Below are positions 1 through 10,496 of a DNA stretch of 60,218 nucleotides, one piece after another. Made by a program: the position numbers and the translations under genes. The stretch lies in the NCBI GenBank assembly GCA_902786275.1, contig CADACC010000001.1, forward strand, positions 1-60,218, given 5' to 3'. The notes under the pieces were generated by a model that saw only the letters and a program-made list of their open reading frames with translations, was not told the DNA's origin and did no database searches. The DNA is from an uncultured Erysipelotrichaceae bacterium (GTDB lineage: Bacteria > Bacillota_I > Bacilli_A > RF39 > UBA660). Numbering within the stretch: the first letter of the stretch is position 1; each line of letters begins with the position of its first letter.

Positions 1-237
1 ATCAATATCAAGTTGCACTCCATATATTGATGTAAGAGTTGGATATTCTTTCTTTTCTTGTTTACCATCTTTGTTTGTAATAATAATAAATCCATAATGT
101 CCTTCTGCAACTGCGCATCCAGGAGCAAGTGGATATTGAGTATCACATGAAGCATCCTCTAAAATTACATCGTAATTTTTGCCCAATTTTATTACAATAG
201 GTTTTTCCATTTTATACTCTATTTTTTGATTTAACAT
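1..237 (-). CDS. Hypothetical protein, 3' part runs off the window (MLNQKIEYKMEKPIVIKLGKNYDVILEDASCDTQYPLAPGC...)
   Basis: Translated by hand: ATG at 237 preceded by GAGGTG SD, frame open to base 1. Not in the supplied ORF track. Confidence 0.7.
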   Translation of the reverse strand, partial: MLNQKIEYKMEKPIVIKLGKNYDVILEDASCDTQYPLAPGCAVAEGHYGFIIITNKDGKQEKKEYPTLTSIYGVQLDID

Positions 238-366
238 AATAACACCTCTGATAAGCGTTTATGATAGCATAACTATATATTTAGTGCAATATATATATTT
301 AATATTTTATTGATTTTTTTATTATTTAGTATATAATATATTTTCACAAAAAAGGGGGACATTTTT

Positions 367-3300
367 ATGCCCAAAAAAAGTAATGTTACTTACATACACG
401 GTAATTATGAGTTCTATGGTGCAGATAGAGTCTCTATGAGAAAAATACAAGCTCGTGAATATCATAATTCCAGCTATTTAACTGATATTGTTTTAGATGA
501 TTCTATTCAAGTTATTGAAGAAGACGCTTTTTCAGACTGTAAAAATTTGAAAAGAATTGTTCTTCCTCATAATCTTAAAAAGATTGGGCGTGATGCTTTT
601 TCCGGATGTACAAGCCTGGAAGAAATTGTTTTTCCCGAATCAGTTAATTTTATTGATTCACGTATACTTGCTGATTGCACAAAGCTAAAAAAAATCGTTC
701 TTCCTAAAAATGTCGGTACAATTAAAGATTCAATATTTTCAGGATGTAAAAGATTAGTTGATGTTACATTTCCTGAAAATATAGAATATCTTCCAGATAC
801 ATTTTTCATTGGATGCGAAAATCTTGACATTACTTTACCTAAACATATTACTACACTTGGACATGGTGTTTTTGAAAGTTGTAGTAAACTTAGAACTTTT
901 CCAGATCATATTACTAGATTTGGTGAAGAATGTTTTAAAAACTGCTACAGTCTAGATAATGTACATCTAAACGATTCAATTACTGAAATACCTGAAGCTG
1001 CTTTTTGTAATTGTTCTAGCTTATCTAATATTGCATCGGATAATAAAAAAGTTACAATAAAAAAATGGGCATTTAAAGGTTGTTCAAGTTTAAGAGAAAT
1101 TCCATCTTTTGTTAAAAGTTTTAACTCATTTGCATTTGAGAATTGTACAGGATTAACAAAGGTTAAACTTATTTCATCAAGCATTCCAGAAGGATGTTTC
1201 AAGGGTTGTTCTAACCTAGTTGATGTTCAACGAGGAGAAAAAATTACTACAATAAATTACGAAGCTTTTTCTGGATGTTCATCCCTTAAAAAAGTTAACT
1301 TCCCTAACCTGAAATATACAGGTGCAAACGTGTTTGCAGAATGTTCAAGCCTTGAAGATGTAACACTTGGTAATCAAATGGATTTAATTACAAGGGGGCT
1401 ATTTTTAAATTGTAAAAGTTTAAAGCATATTAATCTTCCTGTTATGGCAAGTGCTATACAAAATAATGCATTTAAAGGATGCTCAAATCTTGAGGAAATA
1501 GAAATTCCAGAAAATGTATTAGAAATCGGAAGAGATGTTCTTGCAAATTGTGATAAGATTAAATCTCTGCACATTCCAGCAAATGTTGAAAAAATAATGG
1601 GTATGTCTTTTAGAGATATGCATGGGCTTGAAACTATAACTGTTTCTAAAGAAAATAAAAGATTCAAAAGCCCTGATGGTAAGATTTTAATTAGCACAAT
1701 TGGAGGATCTATAGTTTTATATGCTATTGGTTCAAAAGATGAGAAATACTCACTTATCGATTCAATTGTAACAACCACTAAGGATGGAAACGAGTTAATT
1801 GATCCAATTAATGGTATCCTTCCCTGGGCATTTAAAGATGCAAAAAACCTAAAAGAACTTACAATTGGTTCATGTGTATCAGAATTTGACTGTTCTTCTT
1901 TTGCAGGTTGTGAAAACCTAAAAAAATTAGTAATCACTGGAGTTCCACTTTATTCATATATTCAATTTAAAGTTTCCAAACCTTTAGGTGATGGTAGATA
2001 TGAATTACCATTTGATTTAAGCGGACATGATAGCCCAATACAATTTGAATTACCATTTAAAGAGCTTGATATTAATGGTAGTGTCAGAGGAATTAAAGGT
2101 TATGGTTTTGATAGTGTAAACAGTCTAGAAAAATTAACATTTAATATTGATGAAGACTTAGAATTATTCGACAGATCATTTCATAGCTGTGATAAACTTA
2201 AGGAAGTTCGCATACCAAAAAATGTAGTTAGAATTGATGAGCATACATTTTCTAAAAAAACGTCTCTTAAGTTTTCGAACGGGCTAGAATTTAAGTCTGG
2301 AGTTAAAGTAGAACTTAATAACAACTATCGTGCAAGATATAAATCATATTCATATTTAGGTTCATTTGTAATTGAAGATGGAGATACTTTATATAAAACT
2401 GATTATAAAAAGTTAGAAGAACTTTTAGAAAACTCGCATTTAGTTGCAAATAATCCTGTTCTTATTTATGATTATTTAAAAGATTTAAAAACACATGGCC
2501 TTAACGATGAAAGATTCCATAATGGAATACTTGTATTAATGAGTCTAAAAAATAGAGATATACTTTTTGAACATACTGATTTAATTGATGATTATTTCTT
2601 TGAAATTCTAGAAAGTAGTCACATTCTTGATCCTCATCAAAATGAGTCATTAACTGGTTTAATACTTCATGATCAAGGATTTGAAAATTTATTTAGATAT
2701 ATAAAAATCTTTAAAAAATATAATATAACTGAACCAGAACTAAGGGATAAGTTTTTCATATCTTTAGTTGACCCAGATGTATATGAACGTTTAATTAACT
2801 ACAATAGAGATTTATTTTATAAAATTGTAAAACACTCAAATATATCTCATATTCCAATCGATGAACTTCCAAATCCGCAAAATATTTCATCATATGATGT
2901 TTCTGATAAAACTAAGAGACGTGTTGATTCATTAGAAGAATTCGTTCACTTAATGGATAAATATAATATTGTTGATCCATATTTATATAATCAAGAATTT
3001 ATTAGTTTTGCTAATAATTCTCTGTTTGCTGAACTTGTTAAATCTTATGATAGTAATACTAAACGTTTAATTAAACATAGTTTAACAATTACTAATTCTT
3101 CAACTGATGAACAAAACTTTGAAGACTTACTTAAGTTTATGAAAATGCTAGGTTGTTTTGAAGATGATCCTGTTGTTAAACAAAAGGCTCTAACATTTAT
3201 AACTGAAAAAATCTTTGCTGATCAAATACCAGTTAAGAAAACTAGTGATAATCCTAAAGGATTTATTCATAATGATTATGCAATCATTGGGGATGATATC

Positions 3301-4284
3301 CACCGTGTATTTAACCTTCCTGATAACAGTATTCCATACAAACCAAATTTTGCTGAATTCTTCATGAATAACTATAAAAAAGTAATATCTTATGAAAAAA
3401 GAAGTAAATCTGGATTTATTGAAAGAGTTTATAGAAACTTTGGAAGAATTGAGGAAACTTGTACATCAGATAGAGGAGATCAAAGAAGACTTAAGGTTAC
3501 TATTAATAAATGTATAGATTTCTTAGCAGAGCATAAATTTGGAAACGTTACCAAAGAAACTGTACAAATAAGTAAAGTCGTTGGTGAATGGTTTGATAGG
3601 GACATTTATTTTGATAATGCAGTAATTGTTTATAAAGAAGCACAAAGTGCCCCAAGAAATATATTTGCAAGGGAAACACTAGATAAAGATAACAATGTTA
3701 TTTACGATATGGATCCTAAAAATGACCTAAAAGAAAAGAATAAAACAGGTTTTACATATGAATGGCTTCCAAAGCAAGACGTTAGAAATCTCGTTTTAGG
3801 AAAATATTGTGGTTGTTGTGCTCATATTGGTGGAGCTGGCCAAGGTATAATGAGAGCCAGTATGATACTGGACTGTTGCCAAAATCTTGCAATAAAAGAT
3901 GAAAAAGGTAACATTGTTGCAAAGGCTACTATATATGTAAATAAAAATATGGGTTATGCCGTTTTCAATAACGTAGAAACAAATCTTTCTTATAGAGAAG
4001 GTACTGCACTTGAAGAAATATATCATGCATTTCTAAGAGGAACCGAAGCATTTGTTAAGGCTTTTAATAAAAATCATATGGAAAATCCTATCAGAACAGT
4101 TACAATAGGTTCAAAAAGAAATACTATAAATAGTTATTTAATTGATAGTAACGGTCATCCAGATGTTCCTGTTAAACAAGCACTTACCTTTGGTAAGTAC
4201 GCATTAAATGACTATGGACATTATGCTGGTGACTGGACTGTATCTCAAAGACAAGTATTGCCTAATACTAGAGTTAGAAAATAA
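367..4284 (+). CDS. BspA-type leucine-rich repeat protein (LRR_5) with a large uncharacterised C-terminal region
   Basis: About 20 repeats of the type L..I.LP..L..I...AF..C..L in residues ~30-630; no signal peptide; C-terminal GKYCGCCAH motif; AAGGGGG SD. Confidence 0.9.
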   Translation: MPKKSNVTYIHGNYEFYGADRVSMRKIQAREYHNSSYLTDIVLDDSIQVIEEDAFSDCKNLKRIVLPHNLKKIGRDAFSGCTSLEEIVFPESVNFIDSRILADCTKLKKIVLPKNVGTIKDSIFSGCKRLVDVTFPENIEYLPDTFFIGCENLDITLPKHITTLGHGVFESCSKLRTFPDHITRFGEECFKNCYSLDNVHLNDSITEIPEAAFCNCSSLSNIASDNKKVTIKKWAFKGCSSLREIPSFVKSFNSFAFENCTGLTKVKLISSSIPEGCFKGCSNLVDVQRGEKITTINYEAFSGCSSLKKVNFPNLKYTGANVFAECSSLEDVTLGNQMDLITRGLFLNCKSLKHINLPVMASAIQNNAFKGCSNLEEIEIPENVLEIGRDVLANCDKIKSLHIPANVEKIMGMSFRDMHGLETITVSKENKRFKSPDGKILISTIGGSIVLYAIGSKDEKYSLIDSIVTTTKDGNELIDPINGILPWAFKDAKNLKELTIGSCVSEFDCSSFAGCENLKKLVITGVPLYSYIQFKVSKPLGDGRYELPFDLSGHDSPIQFELPFKELDINGSVRGIKGYGFDSVNSLEKLTFNIDEDLELFDRSFHSCDKLKEVRIPKNVVRIDEHTFSKKTSLKFSNGLEFKSGVKVELNNNYRARYKSYSYLGSFVIEDGDTLYKTDYKKLEELLENSHLVANNPVLIYDYLKDLKTHGLNDERFHNGILVLMSLKNRDILFEHTDLIDDYFFEILESSHILDPHQNESLTGLILHDQGFENLFRYIKIFKKYNITEPELRDKFFISLVDPDVYERLINYNRDLFYKIVKHSNISHIPIDELPNPQNISSYDVSDKTKRRVDSLEEFVHLMDKYNIVDPYLYNQEFISFANNSLFAELVKSYDSNTKRLIKHSLTITNSSTDEQNFEDLLKFMKMLGCFEDDPVVKQKALTFITEKIFADQIPVKKTSDNPKGFIHNDYAIIGDDIHRVFNLPDNSIPYKPNFAEFFMNNYKKVISYEKRSKSGFIERVYRNFGRIEETCTSDRGDQRRLKVTINKCIDFLAEHKFGNVTKETVQISKVVGEWFDRDIYFDNAVIVYKEAQSAPRNIFARETLDKDNNVIYDMDPKNDLKEKNKTGFTYEWLPKQDVRNLVLGKYCGCCAHIGGAGQGIMRASMILDCCQNLAIKDEKGNIVAKATIYVNKNMGYAVFNNVETNLSYREGTALEEIYHAFLRGTEAFVKAFNKNHMENPIRTVTIGSKRNTINSYLIDSNGHPDVPVKQALTFGKYALNDYGHYAGDWTVSQRQVLPNTRVRK

Positions 4285-4315
4285 AAAAAATCAACTTTTA
4301 TAAGTTGATTTTTTT
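4283..4315. terminator. Bidirectional intrinsic terminator between the LRR gene and rbfA
   Basis: AAAAAAATCAACTT-ttat-AAGTTGATTTTTTT inverted repeat between convergent genes. Confidence 0.85.
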
Positions 4316-4655
4316 ATTTATTATTAATTTCTTTAATAATAGATTCTATTCTATTACCATACTCTATTGATTCATCATAAACAAAGTTTAACTCTGGTGT
4401 ATGACGAATATCTATTTTTTCTGCAAGTTCATGGCGAATAAATCCTGATGCTTCTTTCATCTCTTTTTCCATTTCTTTTGGAGTAAGATTACTTGTGCTT
4501 GTAAAATATACTTTAGCATAACTTAAGTCATTAGATACTGTGCATCCTGTAATAGTTACTGTTTTTAAAAGTTCATCACGAGAACCATTAGCTAAAATAT
4601 TACTAATAATTCTAATCATGTCACTTGCTATTCTTTCACACTTTATTTTACTCAT
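4314..4655 (-). CDS. rbfA: Ribosome-binding factor A
   Basis: VTITGCTVSNDLSYAKVY and IRHTPELNFVYDESIEYG motifs; directly follows infB. Confidence 0.97.
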   Translation of the reverse strand: MSKIKCERIASDMIRIISNILANGSRDELLKTVTITGCTVSNDLSYAKVYFTSTSNLTPKEMEKEMKEASGFIRHELAEKIDIRHTPELNFVYDESIEYGNRIESIIKEINNK

Positions 4656-6769
4656 TATCTTTTAACCTCAACAAGTTCAAACATTTCAATAACATCGCCT
4701 TCTTTGATGTCACTATAGTTTTCAAGTGTGATACCACATTCAAATCCTTTTTTAACTTCTTTAACTGTATCTTTTTCTCTTTGAATAGAAGCTATTTTAC
4801 CATCATAGATAACTGCTCCATCTCTTATTACACGACAGTTAGATGCATTTTTAGCAATACCATCAGTTACATAACAACCTGCTATATTACCAATTTTACT
4901 AAATTTGAATATTTTTCTAATTTCAGCTGTACCAAGAATTTTTTCTTCAAATTCTGGATCAAGCATACCTTTCATGGCAAGTTCCATTTCTTCTACTGCC
5001 TTATAGATAATTGTATAAAGTCTTATATCAACACTATACTCTTTAGCTACTTCTTTAGCAGTATTTGATGGAACTACATTAAATCCAATAATAACAGCAT
5101 CAGATGCATTTGCAAGGACAACATCACTTTCAGTAATTGCTCCTATTCCACTTCTGATAACTTTTACTTTAACGCCTTCAACGTCAATTTTTTCTAATGA
5201 GTTTTTAACAGCTTCCTCAGAACCTCTAACGTCAGCTTTAAGTACTACATTAATTTCTTTTTGACCAGCATCAATTCTTGCAAATAAATCATCAAGTGAA
5301 ACAGCTTGTTTTTTAAATTTGTTTTCTCTTGCAGCAATTGCACGTTTATCAGCGACATCTTTTGCTTGAGCTTCTGTTTCAAATGCCATGAATTTATCAC
5401 CAGCAGATGGGTTTTCAGAAAGACCAGTAATTTCAACTGGAGTTGCAGGTCCTGCTTCTACAATTGATTTACCTGAATCATTTTTCATAGTTCTTACTTT
5501 ACCGAATCCTGTACCAACTACAATTGGATCACCAATTCTAAGTGTACCATTCATGATAAGTAGTGATGCAATACCACCAATTTTTTTATCTATTTTAGAT
5601 TCAATAACAGAACCAACTGCATATCTATTTGGATTAGCTTTAAGTTCAGATACTTCAGCTATAGCTAAAATAGTTTCTAGAAGTTTATCTACACCCTCAC
5701 CTGTTTTAGCAGAAATATTTATAAATGGAATATTTCCTCCCCAGCTTTCTGGTGTAATGTTTATTGCAGCCATTTCAGTATAAATTCTTTCAATGTTTGC
5801 ATCTGGTTTATCAATTTTATTTACTGCAACTACTATTGGTACATTTGCAGATAAAGCATGATCAACTGCTTCTTTAGTTTGAGGCATTACGCCATCATCT
5901 GCAGCAACAATAATAATTACTATATCAGTAACACTTGCTCCACGAGCACGCATTTCAGTAAATGCGGCATGTCCTGGAGTATCAATAAATGTTACTCTTT
6001 CATTATTATATTCAATTTGATAAGCACCGATATGTTGAGTGATACCACCAAATTCTCCATCAACAACATGAGAATTTCTAATGTAATCTAGTAAAGTTGT
6101 TTTACCATGATCGACATGTCCCATAATTGTAACAATCGGAGGTCTTTTTACTAAATCTTTTTCATCATCAACAATTTCATAAGCATCAAAATTTGTAACA
6201 TCTTGAGTTTCTTCTTTTTTAAGAACTTTTTTGTATTCTTCACAAATAAGTTCAGCAGCATCATAATCTACTGCCTGGTTAACAGAAAGCATTAAACCTA
6301 AACTAATTAATTTTTTAACAAGTTCTGTTCCAGAAACACCAAGTTCATCAGCAAGTTCTTGAACACTCATACCTTCTTTGTATAAAACAATATTTTCTTG
6401 TTGGCTATTTCCTTGAAGTTTTTCTTTATGTTTATACATTTCTTTTTTAAGAGTTTTATACTCACTATTTTCTTTATTTTTAGTTTCTTTTGGTTTAAAC
6501 TTTTCTTTCTTTTCTTCATCATGAAAGTTAGATTTAATATCTGATTGTTCCATGATTTCATCTACTACTTCATCAATAGCATCTTCTTCTTCGTATGATG
6601 CTTCTTCATCAGTAGAAATAAGTGAAATTGCATTATCTAAGATGATAATATCATCTTCAGATAATTCATCGTCTCCACTTTTTACTTCAATTTGCATTTC
6701 GTTACATTTTTTTAGAATTTCTGCAACGGATAAATTAACATCATTGGCGTAGTCTTTAACACTCATCAT
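4655..6769 (-). CDS. infB: Translation initiation factor IF-2
   Basis: [42 protein letters not shown] GTPase motifs. Confidence 0.99.
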   Translation of the reverse strand: MMSVKDYANDVNLSVAEILKKCNEMQIEVKSGDDELSEDDIIILDNAISLISTDEEASYEEEDAIDEVVDEIMEQSDIKSNFHDEEKKEKFKPKETKNKENSEYKTLKKEMYKHKEKLQGNSQQENIVLYKEGMSVQELADELGVSGTELVKKLISLGLMLSVNQAVDYDAAELICEEYKKVLKKEETQDVTNFDAYEIVDDEKDLVKRPPIVTIMGHVDHGKTTLLDYIRNSHVVDGEFGGITQHIGAYQIEYNNERVTFIDTPGHAAFTEMRARGASVTDIVIIIVAADDGVMPQTKEAVDHALSANVPIVVAVNKIDKPDANIERIYTEMAAINITPESWGGNIPFINISAKTGEGVDKLLETILAIAEVSELKANPNRYAVGSVIESKIDKKIGGIASLLIMNGTLRIGDPIVVGTGFGKVRTMKNDSGKSIVEAGPATPVEITGLSENPSAGDKFMAFETEAQAKDVADKRAIAARENKFKKQAVSLDDLFARIDAGQKEINVVLKADVRGSEEAVKNSLEKIDVEGVKVKVIRSGIGAITESDVVLANASDAVIIGFNVVPSNTAKEVAKEYSVDIRLYTIIYKAVEEMELAMKGMLDPEFEEKILGTAEIRKIFKFSKIGNIAGCYVTDGIAKNASNCRVIRDGAVIYDGKIASIQREKDTVKEVKKGFECGITLENYSDIKEGDVIEMFELVEVKR

Positions 6770-6785
6770 GTTAAATCACCTCTTT

Positions 6786-7040
6786 CTAATTTATTTTTTC
6801 AAGCATTTCTTCGTAAACACTATCTGGAATACTAACTTCCAGTACTTGTTCAAGCACTTTAGTTTGTTTAGCTTTATTAATTACTTCTCTATCCTTCTTT
6901 AAATAAGCTCCACGTCCATTAGCTTTTCCAGTCTCATCAATTATAACTTCTTTTTCAGGAGTTCTAACAATGCGAAGTAAATCTCTTTTTTCACATTTTT
7001 CTTTAGAAACTACACATGTACGCATTGGGACTTTTTTCAT
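6786..7040 (-). CDS. ylxR: YlxR/RnpM family RNA-binding protein
   Basis: PMRTCV...LLRIVR...GRGAY motifs; canonical position between nusA and infB. Confidence 0.95.
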   Translation of the reverse strand: MKKVPMRTCVVSKEKCEKRDLLRIVRTPEKEVIIDETGKANGRGAYLKKDREVINKAKQTKVLEQVLEVSIPDSVYEEMLEKIN

Positions 7041-7042
7041 AA

Positions 7043-8188
7043 TTATTTATTTCCTTCTGAAGTTATTTGATCCATAGTTTTAACATCTATTTTATATTTA
7101 GTTAATCTTGATGCAAGTTTTACGTTAGTACCTTTCTTACCAATTGCAAGTGATAAATTTTCATCGTTAACAATTGCAAGAGCTTCTTTTTTAGTTTCAT
7201 CTGTAATACTAACTATTACATCTTTAGCTGGAGACAAAGCATTTTTAATAAATTCAATTGGATCTTCATTATATTCAATTAAATCAACTTTTTCTCCATT
7301 AAGTTCTTTAAAAATACCGGCAATTCTTGAACCATGTTCTCCAATACAAGCACCTTTAGCATCAACTCTTGGATTAGTTGAATAAACAGCAACTTTTGAT
7401 CTAATACCAGGTTCACGAGCAACACTATAAAGTACTACTGTACCATCTTGAAGTTCAGGTATTTCAGATTCAAATAATCTCTTAACAAAACCATAATGTT
7501 TTCTTGATAATAAAATAAGTGGTCCCTTAGTATTACTTTCAACTTTAGTAATATAAACTTTGATATTAGAACCCATCTTAATTTCTTCACCAGGAATACA
7601 TTCAGCTTTAGGTAAAATTCCTCTTGTTCTACCAAGGTCAATATAATAGTTATTTTGATCTTCCATAGCAACAAGGCCAACCATCATTTCAAATTCTTTA
7701 TCAGCAAAGTCAGCAATGATACTATTTTTTTCAGCTTCTCTAATTTTTTGAGTAACAACTTGTTTAGCTGTACCTGCTGCAACTCTACCAAAATCATGTG
7801 GAGTTACTTCTTCTTCAATAGTTTCTCCAACTTTAATTCCAGGAACGATCTTTTCAGCATCCTCAAGTAAGATTTGTGCATCAAGAGGAATTTCTGGTGG
7901 AATTACAGTTACATTACCTTCTTCATCAGTTGTTTCTTCCCCATAATCATAGTCTTCTACAACAACTTGATATGAGAATACTTTTATTTCTCCAGAATCT
8001 GGATTAATATCTACTCTAACGTTTGTTTTAGAATCAAAGTTCTTTTTATATGCTGTTGTTAAAGCAAGTTCCATAGCTTCTAAAACAACTTCTTTAGATA
8101 TATTTTTTTCTTCAATAATATTATCTAGTGCTTTTATAAATTCTTTTGGATTCATGCCTTCACTATAATCTTCTTTTTTCTTAGCCAT
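7043..8188 (-). CDS. nusA: Transcription termination/antitermination factor NusA
   Basis: FGRVAAGTAKQ, AREPGIRSKVAV, SLAIGKKGTNVKLA (S1 and KH domains). Confidence 0.99.
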   Translation of the reverse strand: MAKKKEDYSEGMNPKEFIKALDNIIEEKNISKEVVLEAMELALTTAYKKNFDSKTNVRVDINPDSGEIKVFSYQVVVEDYDYGEETTDEEGNVTVIPPEIPLDAQILLEDAEKIVPGIKVGETIEEEVTPHDFGRVAAGTAKQVVTQKIREAEKNSIIADFADKEFEMMVGLVAMEDQNNYYIDLGRTRGILPKAECIPGEEIKMGSNIKVYITKVESNTKGPLILLSRKHYGFVKRLFESEIPELQDGTVVLYSVAREPGIRSKVAVYSTNPRVDAKGACIGEHGSRIAGIFKELNGEKVDLIEYNEDPIEFIKNALSPAKDVIVSITDETKKEALAIVNDENLSLAIGKKGTNVKLASRLTKYKIDVKTMDQITSEGNK

Positions 8189-8191
8189 TTT

Positions 8192-8458
8192 TTATTCGTC
8201 TCCTCTTTCCTTACTAACTACATCCATAATAAATGACTCGTCAATGAAATCCATTTCATCAACGATTGGATTAATAATATTTGTTGCATCAACGATTGTG
8301 TCTAGATCAATACCATCTTCTTTATCTAGAACTATTTCAAGAAAATTAATTGTACCTTCTTTTCTGTAGGTAACATCATCAACAATGATACTCTTACTTG
8401 ATAAAACTTTTTCAATTTTATCTTTTAAAATTTTTAATTCCTTTTCTATTTTAATCAC
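8192..8458 (-). CDS. rimP: Short ribosome maturation factor RimP, N-terminal domain only
   Basis: First gene of the nusA operon; LEIVLDKEDGIDLDTIVDATNIINPIVDE resembles RimP-N. The track start at 8494 lies inside the leader hairpin; the real start is probably GTG 8458 or ATA 8449. Confidence 0.8.
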   Translation of the reverse strand: MIKIEKELKILKDKIEKVLSSKSIIVDDVTYRKEGTINFLEIVLDKEDGIDLDTIVDATNIINPIVDEMDFIDESFIMDVVSKERGDE

Positions 8459-8473
8459 CTCATATACAACAAA

Positions 8474-8497
8474 TGAGTGGGCTTTTTTGCCCACTCA
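8474..8497 (-). promoter_or_regulatory. rimP-nusA leader hairpin
   Basis: Perfect TGAGTGGGC/GCCCACTCA stem between the promoter and rimP; a GAGTGGG...CCCACTC stem commonly precedes rimP in Firmicutes. Confidence 0.75.
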
Positions 8498-8511
8498 AAA
8501 TCTGTAAATTT

Positions 8512-8539
8512 ATTATAACATATTATTCTTATATTGCAA
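8512..8539 (-). promoter_or_regulatory. Sigma-A-type promoter of the rimP-nusA-infB operon
   Basis: Minus strand TTGCAA-N16-TATAAT with extended -10 (TGnTATAAT). Confidence 0.6.
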
Positions 8540-9004
8540 GTTATTATTTTCCTTAGCTTCCCCTATATATAATATGCTTTTTTTACTATATTTATTAACT
8601 AAATTAATAATCTTATATATACCACTATTTCGAACATATATTGTAATTACATTTTTACTTATAATGTAATAAGAATATTTATATTTTCCTAAGATGTTTA
8701 CTAGTTTTTTTGTTGGATGATATATCTTAACTTCATTTAATGAATTTATAAATCTTTTAGATATTATACTTCCAATTAAGTTACCTGTTGCATACCCTAG
8801 TGAATAAGATACTGCAATGATTATTTTACTTTCATTAACAGATAGTGCTTCCATTGCAACATAAAACCATATAAGTACTTCAAAAAATGCAATAATAGTT
8901 GGTATAGCAATTTTACCTTTAACTGTTAGAATAGTTCTGAATGTTCCAAGTGATACATCAATAATTCTTGCGAAAAAGATTTTAAATATAGTTAAAAAAA
9001 GCAT
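8513..9004 (-). CDS. DUF5698/DUF2179 (UPF0316-like) membrane protein
   Basis: IFFARIIDVSLGTFRTIL...AFFEVLIW...YSLGYATGNLIG signature. Confidence 0.85.
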   Translation of the reverse strand: MLFLTIFKIFFARIIDVSLGTFRTILTVKGKIAIPTIIAFFEVLIWFYVAMEALSVNESKIIIAVSYSLGYATGNLIGSIISKRFINSLNEVKIYHPTKKLVNILGKYKYSYYIISKNVITIYVRNSGIYKIINLVNKYSKKSILYIGEAKENNNLQYKNNML

Positions 9005-9044
9005 AATACTTTCACCAATAGTATTATGCTTTTATTTATTTAAA

Positions 9045-9491
9045 TTATTTACAAGTAAAACCACTTGCTTTTAAAACTTTAACTAAATGTTTAGTAGATT
9101 TATAATTGTCATTTTCTTTTAAATCATCACCTGATAGTTTATATATCATTGTAAGTTTATTATCTTTATATTTAAGATTAATATAATTTTTTGATATTAC
9201 ACCAGGATTCTTATCTATTAATTCTTCATAAAACTTATATATTTCTTTTACATTAGACTTACTAGGTGATGTGACTTCATACTTATATTTTATTTCTTTT
9301 ATATTATTCTTTTTTTGTTCAATAATATATTTTTCGTATACTTTAACATTTCCATCTGAACCAGTATGATCACACGTAAATGTTTTTTTATAGAATTTTA
9401 AGTATGAAACAAAAATGACTAATAGGATTATGACTATTAAACCTATAGTTTCAACAAAATGTTCTTTCATGTATGATAAAACTTTTTTCAA
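9045..9491 (-). CDS. Hypothetical membrane-anchored protein
   Basis: N-terminal TM helix; Cys pair (FTC...GFTCK); TTG start at 9491 after AGGTG SD. Confidence 0.75.
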   Translation of the reverse strand: MKKVLSYMKEHFVETIGLIVIILLVIFVSYLKFYKKTFTCDHTGSDGNVKVYEKYIIEQKKNNIKEIKYKYEVTSPSKSNVKEIYKFYEELIDKNPGVISKNYINLKYKDNKLTMIYKLSGDDLKENDNYKSTKHLVKVLKASGFTCK

Positions 9492-9543
9492 TATTATCAC
9501 CTACTAATTATTACTATATTTTATTATGCTATTTTTTTCAATA

Positions 9544-10101
9544 TTATTTTAATTCTTTTTTATATCTATCAAGTAGTTCTTTAAATCTATTATAGTGGAC
9601 TATTTCTCTTTGCCTTAAGAATAGAAGCGGTGCTAGTAGATCATCTGTTTTTACATAATCTATAATATGTTCATAATTTACTCTAGCTTTTTCTTCTGCA
9701 GCTAAATCTTCTTCTAGATCTGCAATTGGATCTCCTGTTACTGCAAATGTTAAAGCATCAAATGGAATATTAGTTGCGCTTACAGGATATATTCCTTTAC
9801 CGTGCTCGACATAGTAACCTGCAAGTCCAGCTTCTTCTAACTCTTTTAAAGACGCATCTTTCATAAGTCCATTTAGAATTGATGAAATCATTTCAACATG
9901 ACCTAGTTCTTCAGTTGCTATATCATTTAACAAAGCTTTACCTTCATCATCAGGCATTTCAAATTTTTGTGAAAAATATCTTAGTGCAGCACCCAATTCT
10001 CCTGCATAACCACCAAGTTGTGTAGCAATTAACTTTGCCATTTTTAAATCTTTATTTTTTATTTCAATTGGATAATTTAAAATCTTTTCATATTTGAACA
10101 T
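9544..10101 (-). CDS. cotJC: Manganese catalase family protein, spore coat CotJC
   Basis: MFKYEKILNYP...QLGGYAGELGAALRY...DIATEELGHVE...LRQREIVH. Confidence 0.93.
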   Translation of the reverse strand: MFKYEKILNYPIEIKNKDLKMAKLIATQLGGYAGELGAALRYFSQKFEMPDDEGKALLNDIATEELGHVEMISSILNGLMKDASLKELEEAGLAGYYVEHGKGIYPVSATNIPFDALTFAVTGDPIADLEEDLAAEEKARVNYEHIIDYVKTDDLLAPLLFLRQREIVHYNRFKELLDRYKKELK

Positions 10102-10496
10102 TATGCTTTATCCTCCCATGGCCATGGACTATTAATCCAGTTATATTTATTTTTTATTCCTGATAAACATAAACTTGAATAAATATTTTCATATTCATTT
10201 TTATATTCTTCTAATAATTTATTATGCTTTTTGAATTCATTAAACATATCTTCATCATTTGGATGGATATCAAGATATAAATTAAGATCATTTATAATAA
10301 ATGTTTCTTCCATTATTTTTAATTTCAATCTTTCTTTTTCATCTTTTCCGTTTAATCTATAAACCGAATAATTTTTATATGGTACATATTCATCTTTAAA
10401 CATATTTCCATAAATATAACCATCATTATTTAACATGATTTTTTTGCCTGTAAAAAAATCTAAATTTTCATCAAATGAAAAATCATCAAAATACAC
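10101..10496 (-). CDS. cotJB: CotJB family protein with CotJA-like N-terminal segment
   Basis: DLNLYLDIHP and WINSPWPWE motifs; coupled to cotJC. Confidence 0.88.
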   Translation of the reverse strand: MYFDDFSFDENLDFFTGKKIMLNNDGYIYGNMFKDEYVPYKNYSVYRLNGKDEKERLKLKIMEETFIINDLNLYLDIHPNDEDMFNEFKKHNKLLEEYKNEYENIYSSLCLSGIKNKYNWINSPWPWEDKA

